Below, piece after piece: positions 16,635-25,349 of a stretch of DNA of 61,048 nucleotides. The position numbers and the translations under genes are program-made. Each line of letters begins with the position of its first letter. Position 1 is the stretch's first letter. The notes under the pieces are model-generated. The model was not told the origin of the DNA and did not search any database. It worked only from the letters and a program-made list of their open reading frames with translations. The DNA lies in NCBI GenBank assembly GCA_964636675.1, contig CAZWUO010000003.1, positions 1 through 61,048 on the forward strand, written 5' to 3'. This DNA is from an uncultured Ectothiorhodospiraceae bacterium. GTDB lineage: Bacteria > Pseudomonadota > Gammaproteobacteria > S012-40.

Positions 16635-18044
16635 TTACCGCTCGTAAGCCATTTCGTGAGCATAACGTCCGTCAGGTACAATAGTACCTTCACGAGCTGT
16701 CATCCACATATTGTATAACCAAATTGTGTTACCTGTAAAAACCATGGTTCCACCAATCCAACGTGCAATCATATAAGGATGCTCAGCGATAACGACATCA
16801 ATATATGGAACTTCGTAGATTTTACCAGCGCCTTGAATCAATCCGGCAATGGTCATGGATATCCAGTAAATACAGAATCCCACAATAACAAACCAGTAAT
16901 GTAGATTTGCTAAGGCTAATGAATATAGCTTACGACGTAGCATTGCTTGTAAACCGAAATACACCGCAGCAATCTCGAGAAATGTAGACATTCCTAACAG
17001 CGCAAGATGCGCATGCGCAACAATCCAACCAGTACCATGTACATACCAATTGATTGCACGAGTTTGCTGGAAGCCACCTTGCATATTCAATGGAATCGCA
17101 AGCAGAACACCTGTTACAGAGAATTTAATTTCAATATTCTCTACAAACAGACTCCACCTGCCTTTCATTGTTAACAAGATGTTAGCGATAAAAGCAATAG
17201 CTGGGATAAGAATCAATACACCTTCTACCGAAGCAAAAGACTTCAACCACTCTGGCAGCGGAGCTGACATTAAGTGATGCGAAGCTGGTGTTGAGTAGAA
17301 AGCAATGATTGACCAGAAATGCAAATGACCAATTCTATGCGAATAAAGGGGATTACCCGTTATTTTTGGAATTGTGTAATAAGCAATACCCGCAGCGACC
17401 GGCGTGATCCACAGACCAAGCAGATTGTGCGCGTGCCAAAAGGTCAAATAAGCTTCTGTTAAACCAGTTAGATTGAATATCTCTGGTGATTGACCAATTG
17501 TAACGGTGATTATGGTCAAAAATATCATCGAACCAAAAAACCAGTTCGTAATATATATACCTTGGGTTTTACGATGAGCAATTGTCATCCAAACATTAAT
17601 TCCCAAGGGCGTTAAAACACCAAAAATAATCACTAAGTCGATAGGCCAAATCAAGTCGCTATATTCACGACCCGAAGTAATCCCCATCCACAATAGTAAA
17701 AGCCCAAGAGCCAATCCAATGTTCCACAAGAAAACATTCCATAAGCCCAACTTTTCTGACCAAAGTTTGGTATTTCCTAACGACGGCGTCATGTACATCA
17801 TCGTCATCGCAAAAGCCATGGAAATCCAACCAAGAATTACCGCCAGAACATGCACTTGACGCATATGGCCAAACGCAAATAATTCCGTACCAGTAACCCA
17901 GTCAGGAAAAGCAAGTTTTGCAGCGTTAAAAGAGCCTAAGCCCGTTCCCACTACAAACCAAAAAATAGATGAATATCCAAAGAATATGGTAGCCGACCCA
18001 ACCGGTATATCCTCATTCTTTGCAAATAATAATTTTAGCAGCAT
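16635..18044 (-). CDS. ccoN: cbb3-type (family C) haem-copper oxidase subunit I, divergent type
   Basis: All six ligand His (RQVHV, HAHN, SHHL, AHAH), helix-VII Tyr in HFWSIIAFY, GREYSD. Confidence 0.93.
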   Translation of the reverse strand: MLLKLLFAKNEDIPVGSATIFFGYSSIFWFVVGTGLGSFNAAKLAFPDWVTGTELFAFGHMRQVHVLAVILGWISMAFAMTMMYMTPSLGNTKLWSEKLGLWNVFLWNIGLALGLLLLWMGITSGREYSDLIWPIDLVIIFGVLTPLGINVWMTIAHRKTQGIYITNWFFGSMIFLTIITVTIGQSPEIFNLTGLTEAYLTFWHAHNLLGLWITPVAAGIAYYTIPKITGNPLYSHRIGHLHFWSIIAFYSTPASHHLMSAPLPEWLKSFASVEGVLILIPAIAFIANILLTMKGRWSLFVENIEIKFSVTGVLLAIPLNMQGGFQQTRAINWYVHGTGWIVAHAHLALLGMSTFLEIAAVYFGLQAMLRRKLYSLALANLHYWFVIVGFCIYWISMTIAGLIQGAGKIYEVPYIDVVIAEHPYMIARWIGGTMVFTGNTIWLYNMWMTAREGTIVPDGRYAHEMAYER

Positions 18045-18090
18045 TTAAATAGTCCTCCCAATTAATAAACCCTGATAGTAAAACCCAAGA

Positions 18091-18180
18091 TCACTCTTGC
18101 ATTTTATTAAAAAGGTACCAGGAGAAATACATACTAGAAAAAGCAAGCAGTATTCCGCAAGCGCCCGCAAATGTAGCCAT
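18091..18180 (-). CDS. 29-aa single-TM microprotein directly upstream of ccoN (not in ORF track)
   Basis: MATFAGACGILLAFSSMYFSWYLFNKMQE; perfect AAGGAGGT RBS. Confidence 0.78.
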   Translation of the reverse strand: MATFAGACGILLAFSSMYFSWYLFNKMQE

Positions 18181-18196
18181 GCTAAACCTCCTTCAG

Positions 18197-18487
18197 TTAC
18201 CAACCAGTGTTATCGCGCTGAGACTCGATTTCACCATGTTTTTTCATTGCAAGACCAAAGATAATCGCAAAAGCTAACCCAAAGGCAAGCATCATGATAT
18301 CTACGAAACCTGTAAAAGTTGCAGGATTATAAGCTTCTCCGTACCAACCGCCCCAGCTTTCATATGGCCCTCTACCAACCGCGCACATAACTGCGGCACC
18401 AAACACACTCCCGTTCCCCATACCGGTGGTAAATGCACCGATAACAAGAGCCCAGAAAGTTTTACCTATTGTTAACTTATTTTGCAT
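18197..18487 (-). CDS. Gly-rich two-TM membrane protein, first gene of the ccoNO unit
   Basis: Start set at MQNKL behind GGAGG; GAFTTGMGNGSVFG. Confidence 0.75.
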   Translation of the reverse strand: MQNKLTIGKTFWALVIGAFTTGMGNGSVFGAAVMCAVGRGPYESWGGWYGEAYNPATFTGFVDIMMLAFGLAFAIIFGLAMKKHGEIESQRDNTGW

Positions 18488-18616
18488 CTCCACCCTCCGA
18501 AGCAAATGATAAGACCCTATAAATGTAATTTTTCACAGCAAATTATGATAATTAGTTTATGAAAATTTACACATTTCCCATGTAAATAAGGAAACCTTGG
18601 CAGATTGACACAGCTT

Positions 18617-18630
18617 GTGATTAACGTCAA
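18617..18630. promoter_or_regulatory. FNR/CRP-family-like box
   Basis: GTGAT-TAAC-GTCAA versus TTGAT-N4-ATCAA; about 130 bp upstream of the ccoNO unit. Confidence 0.45.
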
Positions 18631-18756
18631 GATAATTGTATGAAAAAACAATTCACGCCAAAAAGTTGGCAATTATGCAACAAAAAATAATACAATCACC
18701 GGCTGCTTCGCGCTATATAGGCAGAACTAGAAATTCAGATCAGAAGGTAGGGTAAT

Positions 18757-18957
18757 ATGCAAAAAAGAGAAATCGCTATTTATGTTTTTGTCGGCTTAAG
18801 TTCGCTCTTAGTTGTCTCATATACAGTGCATATGTTTATTGGTGGACTCGTAAGTGAAGAGCTGGAATCACAAATTACAGTGGGCATAACGATCGTTTGG
18901 GCCTGCCTATTAATAGCAGCAGGAATTGACATCAGCAAGCGCAGACGGCACAACTAA
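18757..18957 (+). CDS. Small two-TM membrane protein
   Basis: Two hydrophobic helices, YTVHMFIGG, basic tail; purine-rich RBS. Confidence 0.7.
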   Translation: MQKREIAIYVFVGLSSLLVVSYTVHMFIGGLVSEELESQITVGITIVWACLLIAAGIDISKRRRHN

Positions 18958-19132
18958 TCGATATAAAAATACGTATGCCAATATACTACAGAAACAATTT
19001 GAATAAGACTCAAGGAGCTGAGTATAAACAACATCAATGAATGCATACAGGAAAGGAGTCGATAGAACTCTGCCTCCCCCCAATCAGAAAAATACTAAAC
19101 TCAAAGCAAGCCCACGCTATGTCACCATAAAA

Positions 19133-19588
19133 CTATCTAAACACTCGCAACAATGCTTTTGCTTCACTAAACACCCCGTCATTAACAAACTGACCCTTGT
19201 GAAACACCTGCTGCTGCTTCCTACCCTCCCCATCTAATCCAGATAAACCGATACTTTTGCCTCCGGTATCTGAGAAAAATCTAACGTTCTTAATCATCTC
19301 AATCGACTCACCACTTTTTAGCTCAAGACGAACCACCTTGTTAGAGACATCCAACGCAATTGCAGAAGATGGCAAAATCATAAGCCGAGTTTTGGCTATA
19401 CGATTGAATGCTATTAAGAAAATCATGGTTGTCATAAAAACCAATAAATACGTAATATTTTGCTCACCATTAAACCAGAACTGAGAAGCAATAGAGATAA
19501 GCGCAATCAGCGTCGGAATGTATAAGAGCAAATCCCACTTTACTCCCTTTATGTCTTGCACCAATTCGAATCTTGTACTTTTTGACAT
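19133..19588 (-). CDS. Two-TM protein with soluble C-terminal domain, unknown function
   Basis: ORF coupled to the upstream operon. Confidence 0.7.
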   Translation of the reverse strand: MSKSTRFELVQDIKGVKWDLLLYIPTLIALISIASQFWFNGEQNITYLLVFMTTMIFLIAFNRIAKTRLMILPSSAIALDVSNKVVRLELKSGESIEMIKNVRFFSDTGGKSIGLSGLDGEGRKQQQVFHKGQFVNDGVFSEAKALLRVFR

Positions 19589-19595
19589 AATCTGC

Positions 19596-20099
19596 CTATC
19601 CTTTTTTTTCCGCCAACACTTGTCTAAGCACTCCGTCTAACTCACCATACAACATGCGTCCCGCTCGGCGAAATACAACTTCACCCTCAGTGTTTATTAT
19701 AAAAGTCCACGGATCACCTTTTACCCGATAAGAAATAAATGCCTCAGGATTCATATACTGATCCATATGAAGAAAAACAACGTCTTTCTCATACTTATCA
19801 ATCATCGCCTTTAACATTTGCAACTGCTTGTCACAAACAGTGCAATGCCCAGGAGTAGCAAACTCAATCACCATTGTCTTTTTCAATGCCAGCGCATCAT
19901 CGACTGAATATTGATACATTCGTGCATCAGGATGGCGATAACTTGTTAACCTGCTTAAGTCACCTCCGACATCATCAATGTACTTGGTTCGCAAGCTTGG
20001 AGCTTCCACACCTAGACCCAAACGACCTGCCGGATCCTCCAAACAACTCGAAAGGAGACTTACTACACCTATAAACAGAGCAAACTTAACGATCCTCAT
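19596..20099 (-). CDS. Thioredoxin-fold lipoprotein
   Basis: Start MRIVKF; lipobox LSSC; EFATPGHCTVC (CxxC) and cis-Pro-like GDPWT. Confidence 0.8.
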   Translation of the reverse strand: MRIVKFALFIGVVSLLSSCLEDPAGRLGLGVEAPSLRTKYIDDVGGDLSRLTSYRHPDARMYQYSVDDALALKKTMVIEFATPGHCTVCDKQLQMLKAMIDKYEKDVVFLHMDQYMNPEAFISYRVKGDPWTFIINTEGEVVFRRAGRMLYGELDGVLRQVLAEKKG

Positions 20100-20622
20100 A
20101 ACCTTTTTCCCAATTTGAGCACGTTTTAAATAAATTATACGCCCATATAAAATTTGCGAGCAACACCAATGTACCAAATATACCCATAATGGCTAACAAG
20201 GGTTTTACTATTACCTCAACTTCTTGAGGTGAAGACGTTACACTTGCCATACCCCCCATTGTTCCCGCCATTACAAAAAACACAACCATTCCTATCACAC
20301 CAACATTATGCACCCAAAAATGAACCTTAACCAAAGTGAGACTATAAATAGGCCTCTTAGTTAGGCGCGGCACAACATAGTAAACAGCGGCGAAAATAGC
20401 CATTTCCACCCAACCAAGTAAATTTATATGAGTGTGACCGCGCACTATTAAATCCCCGTGAAGGCGATGATCAACGAAATAACGAAACTCCGCTATTCCG
20501 CCCATTAAGGCTCCCCAGGAAAACCCTATAATACTGTAGATAATACACGCATAAACAAACCACAAAATATACTTTCGAAATTCAACTTCATTTTCATGCA
20601 ACCATGGCGCAGACATTTGCAA
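20086..20622 (-). CDS. Four-TM single-repeat haem-copper-oxidase homologue
   Basis: GHTHINLLGW, AAVYYVVP...IYS...VHFW, NFIWAYNLFKT align with helices IX-XII of the neighbouring CcoN. Confidence 0.85.
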   Translation of the reverse strand: MQMSAPWLHENEVEFRKYILWFVYACIIYSIIGFSWGALMGGIAEFRYFVDHRLHGDLIVRGHTHINLLGWVEMAIFAAVYYVVPRLTKRPIYSLTLVKVHFWVHNVGVIGMVVFFVMAGTMGGMASVTSSPQEVEVIVKPLLAIMGIFGTLVLLANFIWAYNLFKTCSNWEKGYEDR

Positions 20623-20634
20623 CTACCCTTCTAA

Positions 20635-21231
20635 TTATTTAACTGTCGATTCAACTTCACCCTCTTCAGGTGCTTTTTCTCTAATGTCCTTGTACTTTTC
20701 AGTCCATTCTGCGGGTGCCCACATATTTACCATATTATCAATAAATGCAGAATCTTCGGGGGGCGGTACTTTCGCGACAGAAGACCCAGGGTCGGCCCGA
20801 AGCTCTGACAAAAATACGACAATGGCATGACGATCTTCAGCGCTCATCTCACTGGCATATGCCGCCTCTTTTGGCCGCAACCCATGATCAAGCGTTATCC
20901 CGCCTTCGTAAACCGACTCTGGATGCAGTAAGAATGTTGCCAACCATTCTTGCGAACGCTTCGAACCTATCCCATCAAGAGATAAACCCATACTCGTCCC
21001 TGTTCTCAACGCCCGATGACAAGAATTACAACGTGCCTCACGATATATTTTTGACCCTTCGGCACCTAATGGCGAAAAATCAAAATGCGTAGTTTGCGAA
21101 AACATTGGCTTGTCCGAAGTTAACCTCACGGTTTCTAAGCCTACATACGCGATTAGCGCTAATAAAAAAAAGATACTAAAAACTATAAAAAGAATTTTTT
21201 CACCTGATTTTAAAGATTGTTTTTTTTTCAT
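20635..21231 (-). CDS. Membrane-anchored monohaem cytochrome c (NorC/CcoO-like)
   Basis: N-terminal TM, GSKIYREARCNSCH, LDGIGSKRSQEWL. Confidence 0.85.
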   Translation of the reverse strand: MKKKQSLKSGEKILFIVFSIFFLLALIAYVGLETVRLTSDKPMFSQTTHFDFSPLGAEGSKIYREARCNSCHRALRTGTSMGLSLDGIGSKRSQEWLATFLLHPESVYEGGITLDHGLRPKEAAYASEMSAEDRHAIVVFLSELRADPGSSVAKVPPPEDSAFIDNMVNMWAPAEWTEKYKDIREKAPEEGEVESTVK

Positions 21232-21265
21232 TGTATAACTGTACCAATTTTAGCTTATTAAAAAC

Positions 21266-21299
21266 AAAAAAAAAGCGGGCTAAACGCCCGCTTTTTTTT
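21266..21299. terminator. Intrinsic terminator after the cytochrome c4 gene
   Basis: A9-GCGGGC-N5-GCCCGC-T8. Confidence 0.85.
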
Positions 21300-21311
21300 A
21301 TGGTGCTTTAA

Positions 21312-22073
21312 CTAGTAACCAGCTTCATAGGGCTGCAAAATATTGCCCGTAGAATATGCCGATGCATTAGTTAAGTACGCCGCTGCATTATTAATATCTT
21401 CGTCAGACATATTTTTAGCAACTTTTTGCATTTGACTCATTGGGTCATTTGTTCTAGACCCATCGCGCCACTTTTTCAACTGATTAACGAGGTACACATA
21501 CTTTTGAAGCCCAATTTGCGGATAAATGGGTGGTGCACCACGTCCATTATACCCATGACAAGCTCTGCAAGAAGGTACAGGCTTGGCTCGATTGCCTTGA
21601 CCATACTCTACCAGAGTTTTGCCCTTGTGACTTAAACCAACTTCAACGCCTTGCTCTTTGAGGGCCTTTAAATCAGATCCCTTATATTCATCAACTTTGC
21701 CTGTTGCCAAAGTTGAAAGATAAAAGGCAACGTCATTACGATCCTGCGCAGACAAATTCTTCGCATTATCGTTCATAACAAACATGGTAGTGTCCAGACG
21801 CTTATCAGTTGCATAATCTTCGAGCTGCTTACGCAGAAAAATCCAAAACTGACCCGCGATACGTGGCGTCCCTAATGCATCATCACCCGTGCCATCATTT
21901 CCATGACACGATGAACACGCGGGAACCGAACCCTTACCGTTCTCATATATACTCTTACCATTCGCAACATCGCCACTACCTTTTGGGTATTGCGGCGAAG
22001 ACATTGCTAATGTAGGTACTACTGCCCCTACTACGAAAGCGGCGACAGAAATAGCGGTGACTAACCGTTTCAT
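21312..22073 (-). CDS. Dihaem cytochrome c4-family protein
   Basis: Signal peptide, CSSCH and CRACH, PRIAGQ / YPQIGLQ...YLVNQL, axial Met residues. Confidence 0.92.
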   Translation of the reverse strand: MKRLVTAISVAAFVVGAVVPTLAMSSPQYPKGSGDVANGKSIYENGKGSVPACSSCHGNDGTGDDALGTPRIAGQFWIFLRKQLEDYATDKRLDTTMFVMNDNAKNLSAQDRNDVAFYLSTLATGKVDEYKGSDLKALKEQGVEVGLSHKGKTLVEYGQGNRAKPVPSCRACHGYNGRGAPPIYPQIGLQKYVYLVNQLKKWRDGSRTNDPMSQMQKVAKNMSDEDINNAAAYLTNASAYSTGNILQPYEAGY

Positions 22074-22570
22074 AACGAAGAAGCCCTCCCAAGTTATTTT
22101 TAGCTTCCCAGAAACCTAATAAAAATTTTTATTCTTTCCAACCAAAAACATTCAGCTAATTAATGAAATTGATCCAACACTGAAAGAACCAAAACCAACC
22201 AAAACTCTTACGAATTCATTTTCAGCATAAGCCAAGCAAGCACAAATGCACCTGTGAACCATAAGAGGTATAGAATTGCAACCGATTCTGTTTGTAACAT
22301 GCCCACCTCCCTAAACAGACATAAATACGAATTATTTGTAAAATCGCCGAAATTTATATTACAGCGAACCTAGGCATTCAATCATTAAATGAAAATGGAG
22401 TCAACAGGCATATAAACGCAATTTTACAAACTATTCCAAATAATTACTAAATCCCTAGTCCAAATACTATTTCTTTACCTCAAACATTAAATTCACAGAT
22501 GACGCAGAAATACAATTCCGATATGCTGCAGCTCTTTTTAATCAATAGCGAATTAACCCGGCGAACAAAT

Positions 22571-24064
22571 ATGAATACCAATAAAATACCTGAACAAGTT
22601 TATGCGCTCGGTTTGCTCATTCTTTGGGGCGGAGCGCTACTCACACTTGGCGTATTAAGGCTTGACGCCTTCGGGCTCGACGAAAGCGCAGCCCGTGGAC
22701 TCCTTTTGAATTGGTCTATATCTGACCAAATAATCAGCCCTGTGTTGGTTCTCGGCGTCCCTGATTTTCGTGCCTTATTGTTCGCACCCATTGGTATATA
22801 TTGGTCAGGCAGTATCTTAGCAGCCAAGGTCTTCAGTCTAATCATCAGCTTTTTAGCAATTTATTTTCTTTACAAATGGTGCGAAAAACAGGGCAAACAA
22901 GAAGCCGGACTCGTTGCCAGCGCCTTATTGTTAATCTCACCCGCTTTTATCAGCCAAATCGATTCCATGGGTGCAGCGCCTTACTTGTTACTTGGCTTTG
23001 GGCTAGGCGCATGGCTAGACAACGCTTATCGCGCTCGCGATAAGGATTTCGGTGGATGGTATTTCCTTCAATTACTATGGATCGCAATCCTCGTCACCCT
23101 ACACCCTATTGGACTCGCCTATCCCATAGCACTGGCTATTTGGTGGAAAACAAACCCCGATAAAGTAAAAAAGAGCAAGCATATATATGTCGGGATACTC
23201 ATCGCAACATTACTCGCTATTGCCATAAAAATGGGCTGGCAAGACCTAAGCTGGTTTGCAAACCCAATAGAACAACTCGCGAAGGCCTTGCAAGGCTCCG
23301 TCATTTGGAGCACCGAAGACGTTCGCTGGCTTCCTGGCATTATTGCTGCCGCACTACTCGTGACCATCATTCTCGTTGACTACAAAAAGCTAATTCAAGA
23401 TCTTCTTGGGATGATGTTGTTCGCAGCCTTACTGCTCGGCCTACTAGTCGCAGACGACGTATGGGCAACCATTGCGCTGGTTCTCATCGTCTTTCGCGGC
23501 TTAACAATACTTATCGATTTGCAAAAGTCCACAGCAAGATCTTCTTTCATTGGACAGCGCGGCATATTCGTAGTCATCGCTTTTTTGGTCTCGACCCTTT
23601 TTATGCTTGAGGCAAAAACCCATGCTTTAGCGATCAAATATGGAATATTAAGCCCTCAAGATGCGCTGATACTCTCGCTGACTGAAATTGCAAAAAATGA
23701 AAACGAGCCTTTTCGGGCGGCCAGCCAGTGGCCCGGACGAACCGTCATCGCGACCAAGCGAGACGTCCTACCCCTGCCTCCTGGGTTTGATACCTCAGAA
23801 GCCTTTTGGGAAAATGCAGGTAAAAATTTAACCCACATTATATTTGACCCTAAAGCACCTGAAAACCAAGGGTTAACGGAAAACTTAGCCAATCTTGTTG
23901 GAAAAACCGATACATTAGCACTCATAAAAGGTGGCGCATTAATCAAGCTCGTCGATCACGAGGTTCAGTTATTTATCCGACCCGATGAAAAAATTGCTGA
24001 GGATACCAACTCCCGCCATCCCACACCTCCGATACATACAAACAATGAAGAAACAGCTAGGTGA
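22571..24064 (+). CDS. Multi-TM GT-C-fold (ArnT/PMT-like) glycosyltransferase candidate
   Basis: DE motif (GLDES) after the first TM, about 11-12 TMs, soluble C-terminal domain. Confidence 0.6.
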   Translation: MNTNKIPEQVYALGLLILWGGALLTLGVLRLDAFGLDESAARGLLLNWSISDQIISPVLVLGVPDFRALLFAPIGIYWSGSILAAKVFSLIISFLAIYFLYKWCEKQGKQEAGLVASALLLISPAFISQIDSMGAAPYLLLGFGLGAWLDNAYRARDKDFGGWYFLQLLWIAILVTLHPIGLAYPIALAIWWKTNPDKVKKSKHIYVGILIATLLAIAIKMGWQDLSWFANPIEQLAKALQGSVIWSTEDVRWLPGIIAAALLVTIILVDYKKLIQDLLGMMLFAALLLGLLVADDVWATIALVLIVFRGLTILIDLQKSTARSSFIGQRGIFVVIAFLVSTLFMLEAKTHALAIKYGILSPQDALILSLTEIAKNENEPFRAASQWPGRTVIATKRDVLPLPPGFDTSEAFWENAGKNLTHIIFDPKAPENQGLTENLANLVGKTDTLALIKGGALIKLVDHEVQLFIRPDEKIAEDTNSRHPTPPIHTNNEETAR

Positions 24065-24207
24065 TAACTATTTGCCTCTCAATGAACTGTGAATTATGCA
24101 GATTAATAGGGGCACTTTGAACACAATTAACGCGTAAAAATCAACCAACATAACTATAATTTGAGATAACCAAAGACCCCATAATATTTTTTTATATGAC
24201 GACTTAC

Positions 24208-24221
24208 TTGACTCAGGTCAA
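24208..24221. promoter_or_regulatory. FNR-type operator
   Basis: Perfect palindrome TTGAC-TCAG-GTCAA about 110 bp upstream of the motA-like gene. Confidence 0.65.
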
Positions 24222-24332
24222 CAACATGGATTAGTTTTGCTAATCCTTGCACTACTAATTAAGCATTAAAAAGCCGAATAGCCTACGCCTCCATGATATA
24301 TCACCTCTAAAGGTGAAAGGATAATACAAAGT

Positions 24333-25334
24333 ATGAACCGCGCATACCGAACGTTTGTTCTGTGGCTAATCTGGGGATCTGCCGCAACAACCATTTATTT
24401 AGGATTATATCTAGACACCGACATACTCACTTTTTTTCGCCAAGATGAAAGTAAAATTACATGGATTATTATGTTTTTATTCCTATTTGGCGTAGCCGCA
24501 AGTTTTTTTCTTACCGTTGCACTCACCAAGGAAAGCATAGAGGCTGAGCTGCAAGATCAATTAGCCAGTGAAAAAGGAATTGCCGGCCTAGAACCCAGCG
24601 GCCGTAGAAAAAAAACGGTTAACCGTTTTTATGACTCACTAAAAATTATCGCATTATCCAATGAAAAACCACACATAGAAGCACTGATCGACGTTGAGTT
24701 CTCCGCATTCTCACGTATGAGTCATGGCATAGAAGTATTAGGCAATCTTCTCATTACCTTAGGACTCATTGGAACCGTGATGGGACTCACCCTAACACTG
24801 ACAGGGCTGACAACGTCACTCGATGCACTCGGACACGATCAGGACATGCTCTTGTCGGGATTACGTAAAGCAATGGGAGGCATGGGAACCGCTTTCTATA
24901 CGACACTGCTCGGTGCAGTACTTGGCGGTGTGTTACTGCGTATTTTTGCGCTCATCACCGAAAATGGCGTCGCTTTTTTGCAAGAAATAGTCTCTAAGAC
25001 CTGTATGATTCATTGCGCTGCAGATTTTAAACAAACCGTAGAACGCGATATACGTTTTTTAAATGTCGAAGTTGAAGCGCTTGGTGATAGAGTCAAGAGC
25101 CTAAAAGGCGCTTTTGACGACTCTAAACACTCTGTCAATGAATTCCATAAAGCCATTAAAAACCTGTATGAACTCGGCGGAAGTGAAGATGGAGTATACA
25201 CATTGCGCGAAACCCTACATATGCAAAAATATTATCGTGCGCTATTGCGCCAAGAACTTCAGCTTATGAACAAGCTCAATCGATCTTGGTGGGCGAGATT
25301 CAAAGAGTATTTAATCGGCAGCAAAAAAAAATAG
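24333..25334 (+). CDS. MotA/TolQ/ExbB-family ion channel subunit with C-terminal helical tail
   Basis: LGLIGTVMGL and GMGTAFYTTLLGAV helices; heptad-like tail. Confidence 0.85.
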   Translation: MNRAYRTFVLWLIWGSAATTIYLGLYLDTDILTFFRQDESKITWIIMFLFLFGVAASFFLTVALTKESIEAELQDQLASEKGIAGLEPSGRRKKTVNRFYDSLKIIALSNEKPHIEALIDVEFSAFSRMSHGIEVLGNLLITLGLIGTVMGLTLTLTGLTTSLDALGHDQDMLLSGLRKAMGGMGTAFYTTLLGAVLGGVLLRIFALITENGVAFLQEIVSKTCMIHCAADFKQTVERDIRFLNVEVEALGDRVKSLKGAFDDSKHSVNEFHKAIKNLYELGGSEDGVYTLRETLHMQKYYRALLRQELQLMNKLNRSWWARFKEYLIGSKKK

Positions 25335-25349
25335 AAGACGAATCATCCT

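Noticed and set aside
16635-18044. Interpretation as nitric oxide reductase NorB
   Set aside because: Has the family-C helix-VII Tyr and HN motif with a CcoO partner, and lacks the NorB HLWVEG glutamates
18954-19046. 30-aa hydrophobic minus-strand sORF (MHSLMLFILSS...)
   Set aside because: No RBS at a usable spacing; T-rich DNA gives hydrophobic ORFs by chance
20086-20622. ccoN pseudogene fragment
   Set aside because: Clean ORF, tightly packed in the operon, covers exactly one 4-TM repeat and is well diverged from the local ccoN
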